Assembly: GCA_963770415.1 (NCBI GenBank)
Contig: CAVYPU010000005.1
Span: 1,596 to 65,595, forward strand
Source of the DNA: an uncultured Acidobacteriota bacterium
Lineage (GTDB): Bacteria; Acidobacteriota; Terriglobia; UBA7540
Direction: 5' to 3'
Length of the DNA stretch: 64,000 nucleotides
Below, piece by piece: positions 18,337-28,563 of the stretch (position 1 is the stretch's first letter; every line of letters begins with the position of its first letter). Position numbers and translations under genes: made by a program. The notes under the pieces were generated by a model. The model had not been told where the DNA came from and searched no databases. It saw nothing but the letters and a program-made list of their open reading frames with translations.

Positions 18337-19599
18337 ATGAAACGAAGGACCACATGGCCCCTCTGTGCGTGTCTGATTGCGACGCTGTGGTCTATCGAGG
18401 CGAAGTCGCAGACTGGACCTGATCCTCTCTTTGAGAAACCGGTACCGGTAAGTATGGCCGAGATCGCGAAGCGATCCACGGGTGGCGTTTCAGCCCTGGA
18501 GGTGAACGACTATGCGCCGGGTCATTATACTGGAGCGTTGACCCCTAGTCCTCCGCACGCCGACATGAATGCCCGGAAAGCCATCGTAGTGTTCTGGAAG
18601 AACCATTCCCAGCGCTTTGTCTTCAGTCACGAAGCCAGCTACTGCCCTCTCGTCGAGTTGACCAGCGGCGCCGCCATGTGCGACCAGTTCTTTGAAGGCA
18701 ATTTGGGTGACGCCGAACTGTTCAACAAAATGGGACGGAAAGAACGGAACAGTTTCGTGGACATCATTCACAGCGGACCACGCGATGTCTGGGTTCGATG
18801 GACGTATTTCTGCGTCAACATGAAGGATGACACGAAGCCCCGATTGCGCGGGACGGAGGACTACTTCGCCTATCCCAACGGACTGGTCTTGCGCCGGATG
18901 ACGTACGAGAGCCTGATGCCGAATGACATCATCGGTTACAGCACGCAACCCGTGGAACTGTTTGGCGTGGCGCCGGTTGGCAGTACCATCAAAGACCTGT
19001 TCCCGCGTGACCGGGAACACGGAGACTACCTCACCCACACCGTGCTGGACCTGTACAGCGATCGACAATACGACATCTACTGGGATGAACAGGGCCACGT
19101 TAGGCGTGATGGTGATGACGTTGCGCTGGCGGCCATTACCCGGTCATCAGGATTTGCCCTGGTCCTGCCCTTCCGCGAGAAACTGCTTTTCGCGGTACTG
19201 GGCAAGGCCAGCGGCTTTCCGCCGGAGAAGAACCAGATCGTCGACCACTGCACCAAGGGCGCCGAAGGCGGCTGTGGCTGGGGCACCGGACTCTGGGACC
19301 ACTGGCCCATTGGTTGGTTGAATTCGCAGACGTCCTACTGGAAGCCAGGATCGCCCTACGCCTACAGCTTCGGATCGGTCGGGCAGTTTTTTGTTCCAGA
19401 GAAGAAACGGATCGAGTCTTTCGCGACGGATTACCCGGAGACTTGCAAGGACATGGAATTGAACCGATGGACGGAACGCCGGGTCTTCTATGTGCTTGCT
19501 GGGCACGGCGCGGGACTGGGACGACGATACGCCGCATCGGACGAGGTTGGCTCAACCAGGGTGCCGACTGCGCACGTCCGGAGAGCATCTCCAATTTAA
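18337..19599 (+). CDS. secreted protein of unknown function
   Basis: Signal peptide 'MKRRTTWPLCACLIATLWSIEAKSQ' and a W/C-rich block 'CTKGAEGGCGWGTGLWDHWPIGWLNSQTSYWKPGSPYAYSFG'. I recognise no family. The last ~35 codons look out of frame; another frame reads '...IRRIGRGWLNQGADCARPESISNLK*' and ends at 19604. Confidence 0.6.
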   Translation: MKRRTTWPLCACLIATLWSIEAKSQTGPDPLFEKPVPVSMAEIAKRSTGGVSALEVNDYAPGHYTGALTPSPPHADMNARKAIVVFWKNHSQRFVFSHEASYCPLVELTSGAAMCDQFFEGNLGDAELFNKMGRKERNSFVDIIHSGPRDVWVRWTYFCVNMKDDTKPRLRGTEDYFAYPNGLVLRRMTYESLMPNDIIGYSTQPVELFGVAPVGSTIKDLFPRDREHGDYLTHTVLDLYSDRQYDIYWDEQGHVRRDGDDVALAAITRSSGFALVLPFREKLLFAVLGKASGFPPEKNQIVDHCTKGAEGGCGWGTGLWDHWPIGWLNSQTSYWKPGSPYAYSFGSVGQFFVPEKKRIESFATDYPETCKDMELNRWTERRVFYVLAGHGAGLGRRYAASDEVGSTRVPTAHVRRASPI

Positions 19600-19664
19600 A
19601 ATGATTTCCTGCCCACTGCACAATACAGTTACCTACACGCTGAGGATTGCCCGGAAGGCCCATG

Positions 19665-22136
19665 TCACTCTACTCGCAAGGCCTCGATGGGATCCACCGC
19701 CGCCACGCGGCGGGAAGGCAAGTAACTGGCCAGCGCTGCCGTTGCGATAAGCCCGAGGGTTGCTACGACATAAGTGACAGGATCGACCGGTGTTACCTTG
19801 AATAGCAGTGACGACAACAGGCGCATCAGGGCATATGCTGTACCCAACCCGAAGACCACCCCCACTCCGGCCAGCAACAATCCATGACCGACGAACATGC
19901 CGGTGAGTTCCTTCTGCTGTGCCCCCAGCGCCATGCGAATGCCGATTTCCCGCCGTCGCTGCGAGACCGAATAAGCGATGACGCCGTAGAGCCCCACGAT
20001 TCCGAGCATTAATGCCATAGCCCCTGCAATCCCCAACATCACGAGTGTGAACGAAGCACGCGCCAACGAATTGTTATAGTAGTATTCAAGGCTCCGCACA
20101 TCCGCCAGCGGAAGATTTGCATCGACCGACCACACGGCTTGCCTCAGTTCTTTCATAAAGCTCTCTGAGCCGACGCGGGGGCTGCGGACGGCGACCGCCA
20201 GGGATCGGACGACCAGGGGCGACTGATCAAAGAAATGCTTCATCAGGAAAGGCCAACTCACCGTGGCCGGCGCATCCTGGCTCAGCCCATCGTCATGAAC
20301 ATTCGCCACGACGCCTACGATCTCAAACCAATCGTCTTTGGGGCTACTCCGAATGCGCTTGCCCAGGGCGTTGGCTGGGGTGCCCCAGTATTCGCGCGCC
20401 AGGTTTTCAGAAACGAGGACCACCGGCCTCATGCCGTAGGTATCGGTCCAGGTGAGATCGCGGCCGGCAACCAGCGGGACACCCAGGGTCATGAAGTAGC
20501 CCGGGGCTACGAACCTGAAATGACGGAGCGGTGGGAGGGCACCGTCGGTGTACGTCCGGCCCTCCGCGTAAATGGGATTGATGCTGCCGTTCCCATCCAT
20601 AGGAATGCTGGTGCCGAGCCCCACTGAGGACACACCGGGAATCGCCCCGATTTTTCTGACAATCTCCTCCTCCATGCGAACTACACGTTCAGGCGTGGGG
20701 ACCTCCGCGTCGGGGATGGTGATCCGGAAGGTTTGGACCTCGTCGGTCTGGTGGAATCCGGGCTGGACGTGCGTCAAGGCGCGAAAGGTTCGAATCATGA
20801 GGCCGGAAGAGATCATCAATACCAGCGCCAGCGCCACCTGGACGATGACCAGCGTGCTGCGCGCGCGGCGCCGTTCACGGCTTTCGCTGAGAGTGCGTCC
20901 TCCTTCACGGAGACCCGTTCCCAGAGCCGCGCCCGCATACTTGAAAACCGGAATTGAACCGAACAGGAGGCTGGCCACGAGTGCAACACCCAGGGTGAAT
21001 AACAACACCGGAGCGTCAATGCCGATCTCAGCGAGGCGCGGCAGCCCGGCGGGTGCAAGTGCCACGAGGACGCGCAAGGCGCCATAAGCCAGGCCCAAAC
21101 CCAGCACACTGCCTGCCAAGCCCAGGACGAGGCTCTCAAACAGCAACTCTGCGGTAATTCGACCTCGCGTGGCGCCCAACGCGGCTCGGATGGCCAACTC
21201 CTGTTGACGCCCTTCTGCCCTCACCAAAAGCAGGTTTGCCACATTGGCGCAAGCGATGAGCAACACCAACCCGATGCTGCCCATCAAAACCCACAGGAGT
21301 TTATCCACATCGCCCACTATATCGCGCTTCAGCGGCCGCACGTTGGGGCCGATCCGCGCTTCTTCAAACACCTTGGGGCTGAAGCCCGGCGGGGCCGGAA
21401 AGGTGCTGTTGACGATGGGGTACATACGCGCCACGTCCGCATTGGCCGAGGCCACCGTGGCTCCCGGTTTGAGCCTGGCCACCGACTGGTAGCTGAAATT
21501 CCCAACGAACGCCTTGTTGCGGTCCAGCCCAAAGGGCAGGAACAGCGCAGGTTCGCCCTGATCCAGAAAGTGAAATCCTCCGGGCATCACACCAATGATC
21601 TGCCGCAGCTTTCCGTCCACCCTGAGGCTTCGTCCGATAATCGAGCGGTCGCCGCCAAATCTGCGGTGCCAGTATCCGTAGGACAGCATCACCGTGTCTG
21701 GGCCGCTCGGGGAATCGTCCGAACTGCTGAACCACCGTCCCAGCATGGGTGGTACGCCCAGTGCCGGGAGCGTCCCATACGTGACCAGGAGAGCGTCCAC
21801 TTTTTCCGGATCGCCCACTCCGGTTACGTTTGCGGAGTTGCCGGTGTAAAGCCCGAGATTCTCGAAGCTGCGATTCTGCTCGCGAAAGATGAAGTAGTAT
21901 GCCGGGCCTAACGGGACATCCTTGATATTCAGGCCTGGGGCAGTGAGCCAGACACCTACCAGTCTTTCGGCGTGGGGATAGGGCAGAGGTTTTAACAGAA
22001 CGCCTTCGATGACGCTGAAAACCGCGGTGTTTGCTCCCACGCCCACCGCGATCGTAGCCAGCGTAATGGCAGTGAAAACCGACGCATTTCGGAGCCTGCG
22101 CAAAACCTGTCTGAGTTGATTAATGAATGCTCCCAT
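19665..22136 (-). CDS. ADOP-family duplicated MacB/FtsX-like permease
   Basis: Intact 823-aa ORF with N-terminus 'LRRLRNASVFTAITLATIAVGVGANTAVFSVIEGVLLKPLPYPHAERLV' and two FtsX-type modules ('ANVANLLLVRAEGRQQELAIRAALGA', 'VSQRRREIGIRMALGA'). Confidence 0.9.
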   Translation of the reverse strand: MGAFINQLRQVLRRLRNASVFTAITLATIAVGVGANTAVFSVIEGVLLKPLPYPHAERLVGVWLTAPGLNIKDVPLGPAYYFIFREQNRSFENLGLYTGNSANVTGVGDPEKVDALLVTYGTLPALGVPPMLGRWFSSSDDSPSGPDTVMLSYGYWHRRFGGDRSIIGRSLRVDGKLRQIIGVMPGGFHFLDQGEPALFLPFGLDRNKAFVGNFSYQSVARLKPGATVASANADVARMYPIVNSTFPAPPGFSPKVFEEARIGPNVRPLKRDIVGDVDKLLWVLMGSIGLVLLIACANVANLLLVRAEGRQQELAIRAALGATRGRITAELLFESLVLGLAGSVLGLGLAYGALRVLVALAPAGLPRLAEIGIDAPVLLFTLGVALVASLLFGSIPVFKYAGAALGTGLREGGRTLSESRERRRARSTLVIVQVALALVLMISSGLMIRTFRALTHVQPGFHQTDEVQTFRITIPDAEVPTPERVVRMEEEIVRKIGAIPGVSSVGLGTSIPMDGNGSINPIYAEGRTYTDGALPPLRHFRFVAPGYFMTLGVPLVAGRDLTWTDTYGMRPVVLVSENLAREYWGTPANALGKRIRSSPKDDWFEIVGVVANVHDDGLSQDAPATVSWPFLMKHFFDQSPLVVRSLAVAVRSPRVGSESFMKELRQAVWSVDANLPLADVRSLEYYYNNSLARASFTLVMLGIAGAMALMLGIVGLYGVIAYSVSQRRREIGIRMALGAQQKELTGMFVGHGLLLAGVGVVFGLGTAYALMRLLSSLLFKVTPVDPVTYVVATLGLIATAALASYLPSRRVAAVDPIEALRVE

Positions 22137-22448
22137 GAAACTACCTCCTCCGGCGTCTGCCTCTGCGATAACCGCCCGTCGATCCGAACGCTCAAATGCT
22201 CATACGATGCCATGGCGGGGGAAGTTCCGTCCCTGGCTTACCTTCTGGGGAGAGATTGCAACCAGTTCCGAGGCGTAAACGGGGCGCGACCAGAATCGTT
22301 TGTCCACAAGGTCGTGATGGATTCAGGGTGTATAACTACTGAGCCGCGTATGATAGGATACCAATGGGCAATCACATCAATGGGACGGTGCTGTAGCGCA
22401 GTATGATCACCCTGACGCGGGGCAATTATGCAATTCGGGAGGTTTCAA

Positions 22449-22853
22449 ATGGCAAGTATCCCCAAGCATGTGCAGGAGTTTTTCCCTGGTAAGATGGGCT
22501 GGGTCGCCACTGCGACACGGGAAGGCGTGCCTAACGTCACGCCCAAAGGTACGGTAAAAGTTCTCGACGACCAGCACGTCGTATTCGCGGACCTATTCTC
22601 CCTGAAGACTCGGCGTAACCTGGAACAAAACCCCCAGGTCGCTGTAACGGTGGTCGATCCCACCACTCACAAGGGTTACCAAATCAAAGGTACCGCAGAA
22701 CTGATCTCCTCAGGTCCGCTCTACGAACGGATGGCTGCAGAGTTGAAGGCAGCATCGGCGACGCTTCCGGCGCCCAAGTATGTGGTGAAGATCAGCGTCG
22801 AGTCGGTCTACGATCAGTCCGTAGGACCCGACGCCGGCAAACAGATTGTCTGA
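22449..22853 (+). CDS. pyridoxamine-5'-phosphate-oxidase-like FMN-binding protein
   Basis: The sequence 'MASIPKHVQEFFPGKMGWVATATREGVPNVTPKGTVKVLDDQHVVFADLFSLKTRRNLEQNPQVAVTVVD' is a split-barrel pattern. GGGAGG lies 7 nt upstream of ATG 22449. Confidence 0.75.
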   Translation: MASIPKHVQEFFPGKMGWVATATREGVPNVTPKGTVKVLDDQHVVFADLFSLKTRRNLEQNPQVAVTVVDPTTHKGYQIKGTAELISSGPLYERMAAELKAASATLPAPKYVVKISVESVYDQSVGPDAGKQIV

Positions 22854-23036
22854 AGCGCGGGGGATCGAAACCACCGCCGAAACCTCTCGGCACCATGAGG
22901 CGGTGCAAGAAGAGCATGCCGAGGTCAGAAATGAGACGAGCGACGATAGTTCTTTGCCTGTTTATCATTCTGGCGGGCGGGATCGCGCAAGAGAAGAGGT
23001 CTACCGTCGCTACACCAAGTCAGTGAAAATTTACAA

Positions 23037-25460
23037 TCATTCGTATCTCAGCGCCACAATAGGGTCGACCTTTAACGCACGGCGCGCGGGAATATAGCAA
23101 GCAGCAAGCGACACGACGCAAAGCAAGAATGTCACTGCCGCATAGGTCCATGGATCGCTTGCGGTGACGCCGAAGAGTACGCTCTTTAGGTAGCGTGTGA
23201 GCGCGAGCGACATGACGATCCCCACGGCCAGGCCCGCGACGGTCAAAAACAGTCCCTGGCCCAGCACCAACCGCAAGACCTCAGCCTTTTGTGCTCCAAG
23301 CGCCATGCGAATGGCAATCTCATGTGTCCGTTGGCGCGTCGTGTAGCCGATCACCCCGTAGATGCCCACGGCGGCGAGGGCCAGCGCCAACAGTCCAAAG
23401 GCGCTTGCGAAGGTCCCGGCGAGCCGTTCAAAAATACTTGCGAACTGCATACTGGCCTTGAGCGTGGTCACACCAAAGACGGGCAAATCGGCATTGAGTT
23501 CGTGAACGGTCTTTACCACCGCTTCGGCGTAACTCCGCGGATCACCAGACACGCGCGTGTGAATCATCACCAGACCCTGATAACGCTGGTAAAGGGGCCG
23601 GAAGAAGACCGGCTCCGGGGGATAAACCAAGCGGCGGTACTTGCCATTTCGGGCCACACCCACGACATTAAACGACTGCCCGTTTTGGCTGAACCGTTTT
23701 CCAATGGCGTCCTGCCCGGGCCAGTATCGGTTCACAAATTCCTCGTTCACGATGGCCACGAGCTGCGTCCCCGCCGTATCCTGCTCAGCGAAGTCGCGCC
23801 CGGCAATAATGGTAGTGCGCATCGTGCGGAGGTAATTCGGGCTGACGATAGCGGACAAGACGAGCATGGATTCGCCGCTCCGCGGCAGGTAACCTTCGGG
23901 CTGGATATTTTCGGAATGGATGGTGAAACTGAGAGGTGAAAAATCCGCCAAGGTCGCTGACTCAACCCCGTGCAGGGCCGAGAGCTTCGAGAGCAATTGC
24001 CGGTGAAAGGCGATGCCTTGATCTTGCGAATAGCCGAGAGCTCCAAGATCATAGGAAGCCACCAGCACGTGGTTAGGGTCAAAGCCAGGATCCAATCGCT
24101 GGGCGTTCTCGAGGCTGCGAATGAAGAGACCGGCCGAGATCAGCAAAAGCAGCGAAAGGGAGATCTGCGCCACCACCAAGGCGCGGGAAAGCCGCGATTT
24201 GTGAACTCCGCCCGACATACTTCCCGCCTCTTCTTTCAGGACGGTGATGGGAGCCAGGTTGGAAGACCGTAGTGCCGGCAAAATCCCGAAGACCACGGCG
24301 GTGAGGACCGAGACGACGACGGTCAAGCCGAGCACCACGTGGTCAACTCGACCATTGATGGCGAGCGGAAGGTTAGTGGGCGGATAGAAGGCGGTCATCG
24401 CCCCGGCGGTCCAGCCCGTAAGCAGCATGGCGACTCCGCCTCCCCCGAGCGCAAGCACCAAGCTTTCCGCCAGGAGTTGGCGCACCAGCCTCGAGCGCCG
24501 GGCGCCCATCGACAAGCGCAGCGCCATCTCGCGCCGGCGGGCCACGGAGCGAACCAGCAACAGATTAGCAACGTTGGCGCAACCCAACAACAGCAGCACT
24601 GCCGCCAGCGCCAGTAGCATGGGCAGCGTCTTGTACAAGAAGACGTTGGTGCCGAAAGGGGAACGATAGAGCGGATCGAGCGTGATCTGGTTCGGACCGC
24701 GGTGCGAATCGGGATACTGCTTGACGATCCGTTGCATTTGAAGGTCCAGCTCCGACTCTGCCTGCCGGCGCGCGACCCCCGGCTTGAGCCTCCCGAGCAC
24801 GTCGAGCCAGAAGGTGCCACGCTGGCGGAACTGATCGTTACCATAAACCAGGGGAGCCCAAAGATCCGAACGGGTCCCCGTCGCAGCTCCTACAAACCCC
24901 GGCGGGGCTACACCCACAATCGTGCATAGGCGCTTGGCGATCTCAATTGACTTGCCGATTACGGATCGGTCTCCTCCGTAATGGCTCTGCCACAGGGCGT
25001 AGCTGATTATCACGTCCGGCGTGGTCCCGGTCTTTTCTTTTTCCGTCAGCGAGAAGCTGCGTCCCAGGATGGGATGCACGCCGAGCACATCGAAATAATT
25101 CGCCGAAACGAACGTTCCGAATAATCGCTCCGGGCTGCCATTGCCTGTGAGGGACATGAAATCCTGCTGGTACGCAATGAGGCCGGAGAAGCTCTCGGTC
25201 CTCGAGCGCAGGTCCACGTAGTCAGGATAAGAGAACGGCGGCATGGGATTCTCGCTCCACTCTCCCCTCATGACCGAGACCAGCTTGCTTGTATCCGCCG
25301 CTCCCGGAATAGGGTCCAGCAGGGTGGCGTTAATCCAACTGAAAATAGTGCTATTCGCACCAATCCCCAGCGCCAGGATGATCACCGCTACCGCAGTGAA
25401 GCCGGGGTTTTTGGCCAGCATCCGAAAACCGAACCGCACATCCTGGAGTAGAGCGTTCAT
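23037..25460 (-). CDS. ADOP-family duplicated MacB/FtsX-like permease (second copy)
   Basis: Intact 807-aa ORF with 'LLQDVRFGFRMLAKNPGFTAVAVIILALGIGANSTIFSWINATLL' and two FtsX-type modules ('ANVANLLLVRSVARRREMALRLSMGA', 'TTRQRTHEIAIRMALGA'). Confidence 0.9.
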   Translation of the reverse strand: MNALLQDVRFGFRMLAKNPGFTAVAVIILALGIGANSTIFSWINATLLDPIPGAADTSKLVSVMRGEWSENPMPPFSYPDYVDLRSRTESFSGLIAYQQDFMSLTGNGSPERLFGTFVSANYFDVLGVHPILGRSFSLTEKEKTGTTPDVIISYALWQSHYGGDRSVIGKSIEIAKRLCTIVGVAPPGFVGAATGTRSDLWAPLVYGNDQFRQRGTFWLDVLGRLKPGVARRQAESELDLQMQRIVKQYPDSHRGPNQITLDPLYRSPFGTNVFLYKTLPMLLALAAVLLLLGCANVANLLLVRSVARRREMALRLSMGARRSRLVRQLLAESLVLALGGGGVAMLLTGWTAGAMTAFYPPTNLPLAINGRVDHVVLGLTVVVSVLTAVVFGILPALRSSNLAPITVLKEEAGSMSGGVHKSRLSRALVVAQISLSLLLLISAGLFIRSLENAQRLDPGFDPNHVLVASYDLGALGYSQDQGIAFHRQLLSKLSALHGVESATLADFSPLSFTIHSENIQPEGYLPRSGESMLVLSAIVSPNYLRTMRTTIIAGRDFAEQDTAGTQLVAIVNEEFVNRYWPGQDAIGKRFSQNGQSFNVVGVARNGKYRRLVYPPEPVFFRPLYQRYQGLVMIHTRVSGDPRSYAEAVVKTVHELNADLPVFGVTTLKASMQFASIFERLAGTFASAFGLLALALAAVGIYGVIGYTTRQRTHEIAIRMALGAQKAEVLRLVLGQGLFLTVAGLAVGIVMSLALTRYLKSVLFGVTASDPWTYAAVTFLLCVVSLAACYIPARRALKVDPIVALRYE

Positions 25461-25816
25461 CGTATTGCCTCATTACAACCGTGTGGACAGTAGCTGGAAG
25501 GATTGCGATCCCGCCGGCCCCTACCCACTTTTTAGCAAGAAGTGGACCAATCGCAGAGCGGTCGAAGTAACTCTACAGGAAGGAGTTACAAGACCTGCCA
25601 GAACAATTACAATGTGCAGAGTGTCCGATTCTGGGATTCGGCTGTCCATTTTCGGACAGGAAAGGAATCTGTCGTATTCAAGAGTGGCTCAGGACGGAGG
25701 CCGATCCGTCAACGGCAGTCTGTCCGACTAAGTCTAACATCAAAAACGACTCGCTTGGCCCCCAATGACGCAAGATTGGCCTCTCTCGTGCCGACCGTTC
25801 GCGCTGTACTCGAGAG

Positions 25817-28549
25817 TTAGGAGAGCCTCCAGCTTGCTTCGGTAGGTTGCGGCTCGTCGGGAGTACCGGGTTGCAACACGCAAATTCCGCGACGCTTCAG
25901 ATGCGCCTGAAATTGCGGCATGGCCGGCTCGGGACACGCAATTGAAACCGGCACTGACTGCCGATCGAGATCCCAATCGGTCCAAACCCACAACCCCATC
26001 TTGGAGCTCCGGTAAGGGCACTTTCCGCTGAATACCACTTTTGATGATCCGCTCTCCAAATCGCAAGTGTACCAGGTCCACTGGCTTTGGAAGGGGACGA
26101 GTGCCCTCCAAGGAGTCTCGGGCCCGGCCATGTCGTAGCCGATGTGGCCCGCCGAAGAACTCTCCTTCAGCGCCACGGCGCGGCCGTTCACCGTGCACGA
26201 GCAACTGCCGGGCAGGTGCACCTTGCCAGGAAATTGCGTAAGAAAGAGGGCCTTACCCTTGGCGGCTCCTTCGGGAATCGAAATCTCGCTCTCCAGCTCG
26301 AAAGACGCCGTGGGCATCGGCTTGTTATCCTGGCGAAGCCACTCCGACTCAGCCAACCGGTCCAGCTTTTGGGTTATGATCTCGCCGCGCGGATCGCGCT
26401 CTGCAAGAGGTTTGGCGCTCACGACCTGCTCGCCGCCGTGCGCAAGCAATACCCGCACACTGTTCGTGCCCTCCGACGCGAGCCTCATGCTGCCGCTTGA
26501 ATCCCGCTCCCAACGCGCTCCCATGGCCACCGGCTCAGAAAGTTCCGCGCGCGGCACGATCTCGAGGAAAACCAGCTCCCAGGGGGCGAGGTCCAGCGTG
26601 ATCTCAGACCTGCCCGTAATCCCTTCCTGAATTCCTTTCCGGTACGGATACTGGGCGTAGCACACGCCATCCGCAAGCCCTTTCGGTGCTCCGGCCTTTG
26701 CCAATTCCAGGGTGTACTTCTGCGACTCGTTGCTGGGGTTCCGAACTGCCACGATGCCGCGCTTGCCGCTCCAATGGGCATAAGCGTAAGGCTCGCCAAG
26801 CTCCACCCGCGAGGTCAGAACCACCGTGTTCTGAAGCAGTTCCTGGTTGCGCCGCGCCCACTTCAGCAGCCCGGCGTAGACTCCCCAATCAGAATCCGTC
26901 ATGAACTTCGGATTGATGTAAGTTGAGATAAAGAACCTTCCGCGGCCAAACGTCATAGCGGCGTGATTCGGAAAGCCGGCGGATTCGTCACAGTGAACGA
27001 TGTCGAAATACTGAAGTGCATTTTGCGGCAGCCAGACTTCCTGCAAGGACGCAAAGATGAAGTACTCCCGCGCCGTGGTGTGGGATTCCCTGTAGTCGGG
27101 TGCCGGCCCCAGGCCAAGGGGACAATCGCCCCCCGAATTCCCCCAAACCGAGTCGGCGTATTTAATGATCCAGGGGCTGATGTAGTTTGCCCAGGAATTA
27201 ACATACGTGGGCTCGGTAAAAACATTCGGGTTCCCTTCCTTGGTGGCTTTGATCAATTCCAGGGAACACTCCGCTAGTGGCTCGACCGAGTCCTCTCCTG
27301 GCAGTAAATTGTCGTGGCCCAGGTTCTCCTTGGCGATGAAACCGTCGAACTTGATGTGGCCTAGCTGATACTGCTGGACAAGCGACCGCAATGCATCCTT
27401 CGCCGCCTTAAGGTACTTGGGATCTGCCAGGGAAATTCCCTCGGCGTGAGATTCAATGGGATCACTGCTGGCCGCAACTACGGTGTAGCCGTTCGTTTTG
27501 GCCCATTCATAATCGATCACGGGTTTGTATACTTCGCTGGGCGACATCCAGAGGCCCAACTTTGCGTGGGCGGAGTTGAGCGTCTCGACGATACTCTGCA
27601 AACCGTCCGGGAACTCTGCCGTCTTCACGGCCCAAATGCTGTGAGGATCGCTCCAACCCATGTCGCCCGTAAAGGCATCGAAGAACACCCCGTGCTTCTC
27701 GTACAGCTCCTTCACCACCGTCTGCACCAAAGCCAGGCATTCTTTTTCGTTGAAGAGTTCGGGCAAAGTCCACCAGGCGTTATAATCGGCCACCAGGCGC
27801 GGAGGCGATAGCCGCACATCGTCGATGTAGCGAAGGAAGGACTCTCTTGCGCGGCCCGGCTCGGCGATTCCCGTAACCGTAGAATGCAATTTCAGCCAGT
27901 CGGAGGTGAGCGTTTTGCCCCCCGGCCGGCTGCGCAGAATGAAACCCTCGCGGCCGTACTCATTATGCGCGGCCACGAACTCCACCCCCGCCCAAAGCGT
28001 GTCGCAATAGATCGGATGGCTGCCACGGCGCATCCGGTCCGCTGTCGCCGACTTCCAATCCCGCTTTACCCCGTTCCAAACGTCCAGGTCCGCCCTCATC
28101 AACCGGCGCGGCTGGCCTTTCCCCGCTTGGCGTACCGAGACCTGCTTGCGCAGATAATGTTTCGAGGAAAGCAGCGAGTACTCGACCCGCACTTCGAGAT
28201 CGGCCACAGCCTCCGCGGCGCCGGAATAGAGGATCTCGATGGACTCCGCGTCTTTGCGCACCACCTTGGCGGTGAACTCGGAAGGGTCTGCTGCCTTCTT
28301 CCCATCGAACTCAAGGGAGAAGTCCGAGTCGGGCAACTCCACGGTTTCGTTGGCAAGCTTGTTCTTGATACGGCGGGACGTAATCCTGCCCTTGCTGGCC
28401 ACAAAACGAAAATCCAATCCGTCGTTTCCGAGCGTCTGTTCCTGGCGCGCTTCTTTCACTTCACCGGCATCAAGCGCAGCGGGCGCCGACAAAGCTATCA
28501 ACCCGCCCAACCATTCTCGTCGATTAATTTGAAGCTTATTGGATCTCAT
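25817..28549 (-). CDS. Tat-signal large protein, tentatively glycoside-hydrolase-like (alpha-galactosidase/GH36-like TIM barrel)
   Basis: Tat motif 'INRREWLGGLIALSAPAALDA'. The central blocks 'AKLGLWMSPSE' and 'LGHIKFDGF' resemble GH27/GH36 barrel motifs, so the function call is weak. GGAGAA plus ATG 28549 lies 14 nt after the MFS stop codon. Confidence 0.55.
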   Translation of the reverse strand: MRSNKLQINRREWLGGLIALSAPAALDAGEVKEARQEQTLGNDGLDFRFVASKGRITSRRIKNKLANETVELPDSDFSLEFDGKKAADPSEFTAKVVRKDAESIEILYSGAAEAVADLEVRVEYSLLSSKHYLRKQVSVRQAGKGQPRRLMRADLDVWNGVKRDWKSATADRMRRGSHPIYCDTLWAGVEFVAAHNEYGREGFILRSRPGGKTLTSDWLKLHSTVTGIAEPGRARESFLRYIDDVRLSPPRLVADYNAWWTLPELFNEKECLALVQTVVKELYEKHGVFFDAFTGDMGWSDPHSIWAVKTAEFPDGLQSIVETLNSAHAKLGLWMSPSEVYKPVIDYEWAKTNGYTVVAASSDPIESHAEGISLADPKYLKAAKDALRSLVQQYQLGHIKFDGFIAKENLGHDNLLPGEDSVEPLAECSLELIKATKEGNPNVFTEPTYVNSWANYISPWIIKYADSVWGNSGGDCPLGLGPAPDYRESHTTAREYFIFASLQEVWLPQNALQYFDIVHCDESAGFPNHAAMTFGRGRFFISTYINPKFMTDSDWGVYAGLLKWARRNQELLQNTVVLTSRVELGEPYAYAHWSGKRGIVAVRNPSNESQKYTLELAKAGAPKGLADGVCYAQYPYRKGIQEGITGRSEITLDLAPWELVFLEIVPRAELSEPVAMGARWERDSSGSMRLASEGTNSVRVLLAHGGEQVVSAKPLAERDPRGEIITQKLDRLAESEWLRQDNKPMPTASFELESEISIPEGAAKGKALFLTQFPGKVHLPGSCSCTVNGRAVALKESSSAGHIGYDMAGPETPWRALVPFQSQWTWYTCDLESGSSKVVFSGKCPYRSSKMGLWVWTDWDLDRQSVPVSIACPEPAMPQFQAHLKRRGICVLQPGTPDEPQPTEASWRLS

Positions 28550-28563
28550 TGAAGTTCTCCAGA

